Below, in pieces: positions 18,649 to 27,562 of a stretch of DNA of 64,000 nt (positions within the stretch are counted from its first letter, which is position 1; every line of letters begins with the position of its first letter). Below the pieces are notes generated by a model. That model did no database searches. It saw nothing but the letters and a program-made list of their open reading frames with translations, and was not told the DNA's origin. The DNA comes from Alphaproteobacteria bacterium UBA830 (lineage in GTDB: Bacteria; Pseudomonadota; Alphaproteobacteria; MPNO01; UBA830), in assembly GCA_905181725.1 (NCBI GenBank), contig CAJIYX010000016.1, forward strand, positions 1,738 to 65,737, read 5' to 3'. The position numbers and the translations under genes were made by a program.

Positions 18649-20136
18649 TCAGAACCGGGGGAGATCGGGGAAACGGGTCTGACCGCTGTGGATATGCACC
18701 CGGCCAAGTTCGGCGCAGCGATGCAGGATCGGGAAAACCTTGCCGGGATTGAGCTGCTGCGTCGGATCGAACGCACATTTCACCCGCTGCTGCTGGTTGA
18801 GGTCGATTTCGGTAAACATCTCGCCCATCAGATCGCGTTTTTCGACGCCGACACCGTGTTCGCCGGTCAGCACGCCACCAACCTCGACACAGAGCTTCAA
18901 TATATCCGACCCGAAATCCTCCGCCTTTTCCAGTTCGCCCGGTTTGTTGGCATCGTACAGGATCAGCGGGTGCAGGTTGCCGTCTCCGGCATGAAACACA
19001 TTGGCGACACGCAGATCATAGTGTTCTGAAAGTTCGGTCATCCGCGTCAGCACTTCGGACAGCCGGTGGCGCGGGATTGTGCCATCCATGCAGTAGTAAT
19101 CCGGCGAGATGCGACCGACCGCCGGGAAGGCCGCTTTCCGACCTGCCCAGAAATTGTCGCGTTCGGCTTCGGACGTACTGATACGCACCGAATCTGCCTG
19201 GTTTTCACGGGCGATCGCCTCTACCCGGCCGATCAGTTCGTCGACCTCCACCTCGGGGCCATCCAGCTCAACAATCAGCAGAGCCTCGGCATCGAGCGGA
19301 TAGCCGGCATTCACGAACGCCTCCGCCGCATGGATCGCCGGCTTGTCCATCATTTCCATGCCGCCGGGAATAATGCCGGCGCCGATAATCTGGGCAACGC
19401 AGTCCCCCGCGGATTCGCTGGACGGGAAACCGATCAGCAATGCCCTTGCAGTTGCCGGTTTGCGCAGCATCCGGACAGTGACTTCGGTGATAACCCCGAG
19501 CAGCCCTTCAGATCCGGTCACGATACCGAGAAGATCATAGCCACCTGAATCCAGATGCTTGCCGCCCAGTCGGACGGTTTCTCCGTCCATCAGCACCATC
19601 TCGATACCGAGCAGGTTATTGGCCGTCAGGCCGTATTTCAGACAGTGAACACCGCCCGAATTTTCCGCCACATTGCCGCCAATCGAACACGCAATCTGGC
19701 TCGACGGGTCCGGCGCGTAATAGAAACCATCCGCCTCCACCGCATGGGTGATCGCAAGGTTGGTGACACCGGGCTGCGCGGTCACGCAGCGATTGTCGTA
19801 ATCTATGTCGAGAATGCGGTTGAACTTGCCGAGACCTAGCGTAATTCCGTCTTCGAGCGGCAGCGCCCCGCCCGACAGTGACGTACCTGCGCCGCGCGGC
19901 ACGATCTTGACCCCGCTGCCATGGCAGTATTTGAGAATGTCGGAGATCTGCTGCGTCGTTTCCGGTAGCACAACGATCATCGGGAGCTGGCGATAGGCGG
20001 TCAGCCCGTCGCATTCATAGGCGCGGAGCTCTTCTTCCTCGGCAATAACGCCTTCGCCCGGAACGATCCTGCGTAATGCCGCGATGATCTCTCCGCGCCG
20101 GGAAAGGACATCGCGATCTGGATCAGGCATACGCAT
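18649..20136 (-). CDS. glcD: Glycolate oxidase subunit GlcD
   Basis: YECDGLTAY, RGAGTSLSGG, PDPSSQIACSIGGNVAENSGG, FHAGDGNLHP, GEHGVGVEK, LNPGKVFP. Confidence 0.95.
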   Translation of the reverse strand: MRMPDPDRDVLSRRGEIIAALRRIVPGEGVIAEEEELRAYECDGLTAYRQLPMIVVLPETTQQISDILKYCHGSGVKIVPRGAGTSLSGGALPLEDGITLGLGKFNRILDIDYDNRCVTAQPGVTNLAITHAVEADGFYYAPDPSSQIACSIGGNVAENSGGVHCLKYGLTANNLLGIEMVLMDGETVRLGGKHLDSGGYDLLGIVTGSEGLLGVITEVTVRMLRKPATARALLIGFPSSESAGDCVAQIIGAGIIPGGMEMMDKPAIHAAEAFVNAGYPLDAEALLIVELDGPEVEVDELIGRVEAIARENQADSVRISTSEAERDNFWAGRKAAFPAVGRISPDYYCMDGTIPRHRLSEVLTRMTELSEHYDLRVANVFHAGDGNLHPLILYDANKPGELEKAEDFGSDILKLCVEVGGVLTGEHGVGVEKRDLMGEMFTEIDLNQQQRVKCAFDPTQQLNPGKVFPILHRCAELGRVHIHSGQTRFPDLPRF

Positions 20137-20182
20137 GAAAAAGCTCCGTTTTCTGGTCGCTCAGTGTAGCCGAGTGCCCGAC

Positions 20183-20211
20183 AAACGAAAACCGCGCCGA
20201 AAAGGCGCGGT
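20183..20211 (-). terminator. Intrinsic terminator after rpmJ
   Basis: Minus strand ACCGCGCC-TTTTC-GGCGCGGT followed by TTTCGTTT. Confidence 0.75.
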
Positions 20212-20245
20212 CTGTCAGCCAAAAAAGCTGAAATTCAGACGGATA

Positions 20246-20371
20246 TCAGCCCTGACGTGCCTTAAAACGCGGGTTGCGCTTGTTGATCACGTAGGTACGT
20301 CCCTTGCGGCGAACGACGCGGCAAAAGCGATCACGCTTTTTCGCAGATTTGAGCGAATTGACGACTTTCAT
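20246..20371 (-). CDS. rpmJ: 50S ribosomal protein L36, type B (zinc-independent)
   Basis: Hand translation [41 protein letters not shown] (41 aa); below the ORF-track cutoff. Confidence 0.97.
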   Translation of the reverse strand: MKVVNSLKSAKKRDRFCRVVRRKGRTYVINKRNPRFKARQG

Positions 20372-20432
20372 TTTTCTCTTCCTTCAACGCATCTTTTACG
20401 CGTCGGCAGCATTTTTCATCAGATTGGCGCGG

Positions 20433-20461
20433 AACTTAACGGCGGCGCGGTGTCCTGTCAA
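20433..20461 (-). promoter_or_regulatory. Sigma70-type promoter of rpmJ
   Basis: Minus strand TTGACA-17 nt-TAAGTT, about 60 bp upstream of the rpmJ ATG. Confidence 0.65.
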
Positions 20462-20524
20462 CGAATTGTCGGCGCCGACCCGACACTGGCTCAACACCGT
20501 CTCAACACCCTGTCAAAGCCGGTT

Positions 20525-21499
20525 CTACGACACCTCTGATTTCTTGAATGCCTCGATCCGCCTCATTTCGAGCTCTCCGGCCACATAAGTCTCGTTTCGG
20601 CGGTCCCAGAGCTCGGTTTCGCGCACGAGGGCATCAGCGAGATCGCCATCGAGCTCTTTGCCCGTGATCTTTTCAGCCATCTCAACCCAGGCCGTACAGG
20701 CCAGGGCTGTGTACTGCGCGGTTTCGTCGGCGTTTACCCGCACGTCGAAATTCGACGCCTCCAGCTTGTCGATGACCAGACTGACCTCGCACGGAAACAC
20801 GATCGCCGGTTCGCCGTCGATACCCGCAGTCGCAAGCGGGCCCGGCTCTGCCGCCGTTATGAAGCTTTCGGTAATGACAATCGGCTTGCCGAGTTTAACC
20901 GCCGAAGGCACGATTTCAAGGAAAGCATCCTTATCCTCAATCGCAACCAGCGTGTCCCGAAGCAGACAGCCATCGTAAAAATTGGTCTTTAACTCGAAGG
21001 TTGCCGGATCGAAGCCTTTGATGTCGGCCTTTTCTTCGAGCCCTTTGAGCATGGAGGCTTCAAGCGCCTGTTTCGCAAGATCCGGGTTCAGGTCGAATCC
21101 ATCTACATACGATCCGATTTTTTCTGCCACCGCACAGGCACCGCCACCGGGACCTGAGCCAATTTCAAGCATGGTGTTCTCAGCCGTCAGCCCAAACGGC
21201 TGGGCGAGATCGACGATACTTTCCGGCGTTACAGGCGAGACGAATCCCTCGCCCCAGATCAGCTGCACCGGTTCTTGCCGGGCAGGCGACCAGGCCGGGA
21301 CATCCTCTTCGGCCCCGTCGCCAGTATCGGCGGCATCAGCTGCATCGTCGGCACCATTGGCGCCACCGGGCGTGGAGCCGTCACCCGCAACCGCACGGAG
21401 TTCATATCCTTGCCACCACGCGTGCAGACGGTTTTTCAACGAGTGTTTCGGCTCGGTGATCTGTTCGTCTTCGCCTGATTGTTTCAGGGCCTGCGCCAC
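20525..21499 (-). CDS. Class I SAM-dependent methyltransferase-fold protein with an N-terminal extension
   Basis: LIWGEGFVSP...MLEIGSGPGGG...YVDGFD (motif I and acidic post-I); resembles sterol/phosphoethanolamine N-methyltransferase domains. Confidence 0.75.
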   Translation of the reverse strand: MAQALKQSGEDEQITEPKHSLKNRLHAWWQGYELRAVAGDGSTPGGANGADDAADAADTGDGAEEDVPAWSPARQEPVQLIWGEGFVSPVTPESIVDLAQPFGLTAENTMLEIGSGPGGGACAVAEKIGSYVDGFDLNPDLAKQALEASMLKGLEEKADIKGFDPATFELKTNFYDGCLLRDTLVAIEDKDAFLEIVPSAVKLGKPIVITESFITAAEPGPLATAGIDGEPAIVFPCEVSLVIDKLEASNFDVRVNADETAQYTALACTAWVEMAEKITGKELDGDLADALVRETELWDRRNETYVAGELEMRRIEAFKKSEVS

Positions 21500-21566
21500 G
21501 CCGTATTCCTTGTCCAGTAGCCGACAAGATCGTCTCGAACTGCGCTAACAGGCTGACAGCACTTGA

Positions 21567-21582
21567 TTAAATGACGGTTAAC
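21567..21582. promoter_or_regulatory. CtrA consensus binding site
   Basis: TTAA-ATGACGG-TTAAC (TTAA-N7-TTAAC), about 70 bp upstream of the methyltransferase start. Confidence 0.7.
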
Positions 21583-22460
21583 TACTCGCCGACGTAGCGG
21601 AAAGCGAAGGCATCGCCTTCAGGCACGATGAAGCCGGCGGTGGGATTGGGAAAGTGCGATGGGATGATCGTGACGTCGCGATCGGCGTACCGATCGAGAA
21701 ACGCCTTGCGGGTCACGCGCGCGGTCGTCTGGTCGGCGCAGGCAATCGTGCTCCAGTCTGGGATATGGCACTGGATCATGTGATGCATCATGTCGCCGCA
21801 CAGGATCGCCTGATCGCTGCCCGAGGTCACGTTGAGCCCCACCATTCCCGGCGTATGACCGGGCAGCGGCTCGAGCGTCAGCCCGTCTTCGATCGCATAA
21901 TCCATATCGACGATGAGTTCTCGCTTTGCCTCTAGAATCGGGATCACGCTATCGGCGATGTAATCGCCCGTCCGCGTCAACTGGTCCTGCTCGGATTGCT
22001 GCATCCAGAAGTCGAGCTCGGTGCGCGAAAAAATATATTTCGCATTCGGGAAGGTCGGCACCCAGCGGCCGTCTTCGAGTTTCGTATTCCAGCCGACATG
22101 GTCGACATGCATATGAGTGCACAACACGAAGTCGATATCTTCCGGTGTCACACCCGCGGCGCGGAAATTATCCATCCACGGGAAAACCTGATCGTTGAAC
22201 ATATCGCGGTTGCGCGGCTTGTGATTGCCGACACAGGTATCGACCAGAATGGTGTGGTGCGGCGTGCGGATCAGAAAGGCCTGGATGTTAACCACCACCT
22301 TGCCACTGACCGGATCGAAATGGCGCGGCACCATCCAGTCTTTATGGGCCTCCACCGCACGTGGATCCCAGTCGGGAAAAAATTCCGTCGCGCCCAGCAT
22401 CGGCATTTCCATCTCGACGATGCGGGTGACGCTGATATCGCCGAAGCTGAAATCGAACAT
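21582..22460 (-). CDS. Metallo-beta-lactamase fold hydrolase
   Basis: ILVDTCVGNHK, THMHVDHVGWN (HxHxDH), PGHTPG, CGDMMHH, SHF. Start set at MFDFSFG (22460). Confidence 0.92.
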   Translation of the reverse strand: MFDFSFGDISVTRIVEMEMPMLGATEFFPDWDPRAVEAHKDWMVPRHFDPVSGKVVVNIQAFLIRTPHHTILVDTCVGNHKPRNRDMFNDQVFPWMDNFRAAGVTPEDIDFVLCTHMHVDHVGWNTKLEDGRWVPTFPNAKYIFSRTELDFWMQQSEQDQLTRTGDYIADSVIPILEAKRELIVDMDYAIEDGLTLEPLPGHTPGMVGLNVTSGSDQAILCGDMMHHMIQCHIPDWSTIACADQTTARVTRKAFLDRYADRDVTIIPSHFPNPTAGFIVPEGDAFAFRYVGE

Positions 22461-22464
22461 CAGA

Positions 22465-22986
22465 TTACTCGGGCCGGCCGGGATTTTCGTGGCCGCAGCT
22501 GTCGCAGACCTGGTTTGCCGGATCCGCATAAAAAGCTTCGAAGATCGGCGGCATGTCGCGTTCGAGGATATCGATATAGGCGTCCTGGCGGAAAATCTGG
22601 TGGTTGCACTTCTCGCAGAACCACGCAAACCCATCGAGCGGGTCGTCCTTCGAGCGCTTTATCTCGGCGATCATGCCGACCGTGCCGGCGGGGCGCATCG
22701 GCGCATGCGGCACGTAAGCCGGCAACATGAATACATCACCTTCCTTGACCTCGACATCGCGCGCCTTGCCGTCTTCCTGGATACGCAGAACGATATCGCC
22801 CTTGATCTGATAGAAAAACTCTTCAAATGCGTCGATATGATAATCCGTGCGCTTGTTGGGACCGCCGACAACCGTGATCATCAGTTTCGAATCCTTCCAC
22901 AGCGTCTCGCCGCCAACCGGCGGTTTCAGCTTATCGCCGTTATCGGAAATCCATTGCTGTATCTGGAAGGGATTTAGATCGCTCAT
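22465..22986 (-). CDS. nbaC: 3-hydroxyanthranilate 3,4-dioxygenase
   Basis: LKPPVG, VVGGPNKRTDYH, EEFFYQIKG, PHAPMRP, WFCEKC and CDSCG (rubredoxin-like Cys pairs). Confidence 0.95.
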   Translation of the reverse strand: MSDLNPFQIQQWISDNGDKLKPPVGGETLWKDSKLMITVVGGPNKRTDYHIDAFEEFFYQIKGDIVLRIQEDGKARDVEVKEGDVFMLPAYVPHAPMRPAGTVGMIAEIKRSKDDPLDGFAWFCEKCNHQIFRQDAYIDILERDMPPIFEAFYADPANQVCDSCGHENPGRPE

Positions 22987-22998
22987 CGTGTTTCCTCT

Positions 22999-23038
22999 CG
23001 GTCGGTCGGTCGGTCTGTCTGTCTGTCTGTCTGTCTGT
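22999..23038. repeat. Compound tetranucleotide microsatellite (CGGT)4(CTGT)6
   Basis: Read directly; it fills the spacer between the GST pseudogene stop and the GAGG RBS of nbaC. Confidence 0.95.
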
Positions 23039-23784
23039 CAGTTGGCGGGAACCGGTTTCAATGGTCCCCACATCCGGTCTTCAAAGGCTGGCGCTGCTGC
23101 CGCGTAGGATGGCCGTTGCTTAACTGCTGCGACCCATTCCGTCAGCTTTTCGAGCCCGTCGAACACCCATTCTCTATCAAGGTATTATATCCTGTCGACG
23201 ACCCCGGCAAGACAGATATCTGGCAGCGAAAATACACCACCGCAGACCCAGGGGCCACCGCTCTGACGGAACTGATTGTCGAGACGTTCCATGTGCCAGC
23301 GGAGTTTCTTTTCAGCCGCCGCGACCGCGTCAAGATCTGCCGGCGAACTTATCCGCTCCAGATAATCCTGCGCCCGCGCCTGATCGGGGTGCCGACGCGA
23401 CCATTGCGCAAGCTGATCCATACCGTAAGCAGCAGCCCGCATTTTCATCATGGTGTTGAAACTGAGCGTGACGATCAGCCGGAACAGGAATTCTTCCTCT
23501 TCTTTCATCCATTCACGCATTTGCGCCCGCAACACGGGACCTTCGGGCTTTAACGGTGGATCAGGAAAGACTTCATCAAGATATTCGGCAATGTTCGATG
23601 ACTGGATCACCGGGCGCCCGTCATGCACCAGCGTCGGCACCAGGCTATCCTGATATTCGGGCTGATAGTGATCGGACTTATACGTGGTCACCGGGCATAG
23701 CTCTCAGTCTTCCCGTTTTTCGGCAAGAACCATCCGCACTTTCATGCAGCACGGCGAATCCTAGAACTGATAACGCTCTATCAT
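23038..23784 (-). pseudogene. Glutathione S-transferase pseudogene (three in-frame stops)
   Basis: One frame: MIERYQF*DSPCCMKVRMVLAEKRED*ELCP...VPTLVHDG...SSNIAEYLDE...FSLPDICL...DRI*YLDRE...QRPSY; TAG 23761-63, TGA 23704-06, TAA 23185-87. Confidence 0.88.
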
Positions 23785-23928
23785 TTGTAGTCTGTCTTTC
23801 CGAATGAGTAATGACCCTGATTATACCAACTTATTGTTCGGGGAACCTCTCTCGATCGATGTCGGCGGGGGCTGGCATTCCGGGGTTCTTCGTGGCTAGA
23901 TCGCGGGACGATAATTTGGAGCAGGACG

Positions 23929-24981
23929 ATGAAATTCGGTCTCAATTTTTTCCCGAGCTGTGCGCCGGAAGAGCGCTCGGCGGAGAATTACTGGGCAGAC
24001 GCCCTGTATCTGTGCGGGCTGATGGATGAGTTCGGCTATACCCATGTCCGCACCGTCGAACATTACTTTCATCCCTATGGCGGCTACAGCCCGAACCCGG
24101 TCGTGTTCCTCGCCGCCGCCGCGCAGCGCTCGGCAAAAGCGAAGATGATTACCGGCGCGGTTTTGCCGGTGTTCAACAATCCGCTCAAGCTCGCCGGTGA
24201 ACTCGGTATGCTGGATGCGATCTCGAATGGGCGGCTCGAAATCGGTTTCGCCCGTGCCTTCCTACCGAACGAATTCGAAACATTCGGCATCGATATCGAG
24301 GAAAGCCGCGACCGCTACGAGGAAGGCGTCGAACAGATCAGGCTGTTGCTCGAAGAGGAAAACGCGACCCACGAAGGCAGGTTCCACAGCTTCACCGACG
24401 TCACCTCCCTGCCCCGCCCGACCCAGAAACCGCGCCCGCCCTTCTGGGTGGCGGCATTGAGCAGCAAGGCATCGTTCGAATTCGCCGGCCGGAACGGCCA
24501 TTACATCATGGGTATCCCGATGGGCGGTGGATTGATGACGGAGCTCATCGGCACCTATCGTGAGGAATGGAAATCCGCCGGGCATCCGGGCGAGGGCAAG
24601 ATCATGCTGTCGTTTTCGATGTGCGCGGATGAAAACGCCGCGGCCGCACGGGACGCGTTCCGACCGCCGCTGAACGCCTATCTAGACCAGCTAGTGGATG
24701 CCGCCTCAGGCTGGCTGAACGGTACCAGCACCAAGGACTACAAAGGCTATGACAAGATCATCGCGTCGCTGAAGGACGATGATTTCGACAGCCAGATGGA
24801 ACGCGGAATCTGCTGGGCCGGATCGCCCGCCGAGATCACCGACATGATCGCCGATTTCGACCGCCAGATCGGCGGGTTCGATATCGCATCTCTGCATGTC
24901 ATGCCGCATGTGATGGAAGCATCCGTCGCCGAAAAATCAATGCGCCTGTTTTCCGAACACGTCATGCCGAAGTTTAGCTAA
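23929..24981 (+). CDS. Luciferase-like (LLM) flavin-dependent monooxygenase, paralog 1
   Basis: MKFGLNFFP, VEHYFHPYGGYSPNP, NNPLKLAGELGMLDAISNGRLEIGFARA, LPRPTQKPRPPFWVAA. Confidence 0.92.
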   Translation: MKFGLNFFPSCAPEERSAENYWADALYLCGLMDEFGYTHVRTVEHYFHPYGGYSPNPVVFLAAAAQRSAKAKMITGAVLPVFNNPLKLAGELGMLDAISNGRLEIGFARAFLPNEFETFGIDIEESRDRYEEGVEQIRLLLEEENATHEGRFHSFTDVTSLPRPTQKPRPPFWVAALSSKASFEFAGRNGHYIMGIPMGGGLMTELIGTYREEWKSAGHPGEGKIMLSFSMCADENAAAARDAFRPPLNAYLDQLVDAASGWLNGTSTKDYKGYDKIIASLKDDDFDSQMERGICWAGSPAEITDMIADFDRQIGGFDIASLHVMPHVMEASVAEKSMRLFSEHVMPKFS

Positions 24982-25009
24982 GCCCACCTGCCCACCCATC
25001 TGCCCGCTG

Positions 25010-25770
25010 TCAGGATGTCTCCGCCGGGCATTGTGCCGCGCCGAGGATAGGCCCCTGGCGGTTATCCTGTGCCAGCACCGCGCAACCCTCGCCATCCGCC
25101 AGCTCAAAACCGGAAACCGGGATCGCCGTGGGCGTGCCCGACCATTTGCCGATTTTTTTCATACCGGTGACGATATTGTGGCTGAGCAGCGCCTTGCCCT
25201 TGTTCTCGCCCGAGCGCACCCGGGTTTCCTTCTATTTGATAAACCGGACAAGCCAGACCGAGCCCGTCGCCTTGACCGGTCCTGTAAGCGTTACCTTCTC
25301 GACCTTGCCGGACGCGAGGGTCACGCCGACATCGAGGCGTTCTTTGAGACCCTTCTCAGCCTCGCGGATCGCCGAGAGCACCGGCAGGCGGCGCGAGCCC
25401 ACGGCTTCGAGCTTGCCGTCAATGACCATCTGCGGCGTATAGATATTCCCGGTGCGGCAGATCTGCTGGTTATACGTGCGCTGTCGCTGTGTGTAGGCCG
25501 GATTGGAAAACGGATCCTTCCACTTGCCGTCCCCGCCATGCACCAGATTATCCCAGTAATCGACGTGGAATTCGAGCGCGATGACGGTTTTCTGTTCCGA
25601 CAGATCGCCCAGGAACTTCTCCGCCGGCGGACCGGAATAGCAGCCCTGCGACGTGAAAAGCTCAACACCACAGCGCCATTGCGGTCACCGGCGTTTGCGG
25701 CGGGGGCAGCGGCAATGGCCGACATCGTCAGCGCCAGGGCGACCGCGGGAAGAATGCGCATCTGTTTCAT
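25010..25770 (-). pseudogene. DUF1223 (thioredoxin-fold, secreted) pseudogene
   Basis: Signal peptide, then a frameshift near 25665 into VELFTSQGCYSGPPA...FHVDYWD...YTPQMVIDG; in-frame TAG at 25232-34, then RVRSGENKG...HNIV...GPILGAA. Confidence 0.85.
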
Positions 25771-25781
25771 ACGCCTAATAT

Positions 25782-25830
25782 AAAAAACCGCCGCGCCCGT
25801 ACCAGTAAATTTCCGGTGAGGCGCGGCGGC
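25782..25830 (-). terminator. Intrinsic terminator after the FAH gene
   Basis: Minus strand CCGCCGCGCC...GGCGCGGCGG followed by TTTTTT. Confidence 0.7.
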
Positions 25831-25880
25831 TGAAACGTGATCGCCCATGTTGGGGCAAGTCGGGCCAAGTCGGAGCGGTG

Positions 25881-26744
25881 TTATTTCTCGTTTTTGACCG
25901 GGTTCGACAGAATGCCGATCTTTTCAATCTCGATTTCGCAGGTATCGCCGTCCTTCAGGAAAATGGCGGGCTTGCGGACGAAACCGACACCGGCAGGCGT
26001 ACCGGTAAGGATAATATCACCCGGCAGCAGCGTGAACACCTTGGCCAATTCGTGAACAAGGGTCTTGGTATCGAAAATCATTTCGCGGGTGTTCGAATCC
26101 TGCAGCACCTTGCCGTTCACGCGGCACTGCATTTTGAGCCCCTTGGCACCGGCCGGCAGTTCGTCGGCGGTGACGAAATCCGACCCGATTGAGCCCGTGG
26201 CATCGAAGTTCTTGCCCATGGCCCACTGCGACGATTTCATCTGGTAATCGCGGATGGAGCCTTCATTGGCGACCGAATAGCCGGCAACGTAATCGAGCGC
26301 TTCGCTCTTTTTGATGTTGCGGGCCTTCTTGCCGATGACGGCAACCAGCTCGGCCTCGTAATCGAAATGCTTCGACAGTTTCGGCCGGATAATCGGCTGC
26401 CCCTGCGCCACGAAGGACGTGGTGAAACGGGTGAAGACAACCGGATAGGTCGGGATCTTCAAACCGGCTTCTGCGGCATGATCCTTATAGTTCAGCCCGA
26501 TACAGATGATCTTATTGGGCTCCTGGATAGGCGTCAGGTAATTGACGCGGCCCTTTACCATCGCGCGCGGCGGTGCCTTGGCTGCCGCACGGCCAGCCTT
26601 CTGCATCGCACCCTTGCCCTTCGCGATAAGTTCCTTGAGGTCGGTCGGCAGTGTCTTGTCGACCTTGGACAGATCTACCAGACCGGCATCGGTACGGACG
26701 CCGAGCTTGGCCTTGCCGTCTTTTTTGAAAGCGACGAAACGCAT
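25881..26744 (-). CDS. Fumarylacetoacetate hydrolase family protein
   Basis: KIICIGLNYKDHAAE, DYEAEL, NEGSIRDYQ, GKNFD, GDIILTGTPAGVG. Confidence 0.94.
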   Translation of the reverse strand: MRFVAFKKDGKAKLGVRTDAGLVDLSKVDKTLPTDLKELIAKGKGAMQKAGRAAAKAPPRAMVKGRVNYLTPIQEPNKIICIGLNYKDHAAEAGLKIPTYPVVFTRFTTSFVAQGQPIIRPKLSKHFDYEAELVAVIGKKARNIKKSEALDYVAGYSVANEGSIRDYQMKSSQWAMGKNFDATGSIGSDFVTADELPAGAKGLKMQCRVNGKVLQDSNTREMIFDTKTLVHELAKVFTLLPGDIILTGTPAGVGFVRKPAIFLKDGDTCEIEIEKIGILSNPVKNEK

Positions 26745-26862
26745 TTTTTATCTCCCTGTTGCTTGTTCTTTGAAGAGTGATAATTAAGCTGGCAGCCTAC
26801 CCGCCAGCAAAGGAAATCCGCGACGAACCTAAAGGATCGCCGCAGCGGTTCAAGTAGTTTTG

Positions 26863-27555
26863 CTACTGCAGCGCGTAGCCTTTTTCATAGTGCAGGAAAA
26901 TGCCGTCAAAATAGAACCAGCGCATGCGAGCACTTTCACGCGCAAAATGAATCGCGGCTTCTTTCATCTCCGGCGTGGTGCAGTGACGGTCAAGAACTTC
27001 GAATCCCCGGTTGCTGTGTTCGATATCGACTTCGGAATGCAGCCAGAAATGTTTGATGGCTTCTTCGTCGTATTTGTAATTTTCACGCAACGACGGCAAC
27101 ACCCGGCTGTATAGCCTGGGGGACTGGGATTCCGTCCCGATCCGGATCGCCGCGATACCGCAATACCAGGGCGCATCGCGGGCCACCTGTTTCAGCCACG
27201 CGGCCCAGGACCGCGTTGTCGGCAGACCTTCGCCCTGGCGCACCGCACCGAGATCCGCTCCGTTCGCTTCGGCGAACTGAAGGACGATTTCCATGTGCGG
27301 CTCGTCGGGGTCTTCTTCCTCATGGAAATTTGCAATCTCCAGCTCGATCACATCTGCTGGCGCCTTGGAACATATCTGGAAGGTCGCCTCGGTCAGCATG
27401 TTCGATATCCAGTGATAGTGCTCGACCGCCCAGCCCATGCAGGCGTTCTTGCCGAGATCGCCTGCCGCCAGCATGTCCCACATGGGATGATCGGCGCAGT
27501 GCCGCTCGTCGACGGCCGCTTCGAGCGCGAGCCGGAAATCTGACTTACTCATCAC
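26863..27555 (-). CDS. Heme-oxygenase-like diiron (CADD/PqqC/TenA-fold) redox enzyme
   Basis: HPMW...AGDL start; metal-ligand pattern E-x6-H (EEDPDEPH), E (GTESQ), H-x3-D-x2-H (HSEVDIEH). Confidence 0.85.
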   Translation of the reverse strand: MMSKSDFRLALEAAVDERHCADHPMWDMLAAGDLGKNACMGWAVEHYHWISNMLTEATFQICSKAPADVIELEIANFHEEEDPDEPHMEIVLQFAEANGADLGAVRQGEGLPTTRSWAAWLKQVARDAPWYCGIAAIRIGTESQSPRLYSRVLPSLRENYKYDEEAIKHFWLHSEVDIEHSNRGFEVLDRHCTTPEMKEAAIHFARESARMRWFYFDGIFLHYEKGYALQ

Positions 27556-27562
27556 GTTCTCC

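Noticed and set aside
20084-20539. 151-aa plus-strand ORF; region first suspected to be a structured RNA
   Set aside because: Explained by rpmJ with its promoter and terminator on the minus strand.
26090-27010. tRNA T-loop-like TTCGAATCC strings (also near 22888)
   Set aside because: They lie inside protein-coding genes with no cloverleaf or acceptor stem.
26863-27555. Calling the diiron protein pqqC or a pABA synthase
   Set aside because: No pqq operon is nearby, it has the full CADD-type ligand set unlike PqqC, and it lacks the residues matching CADD Tyr27/Lys152.
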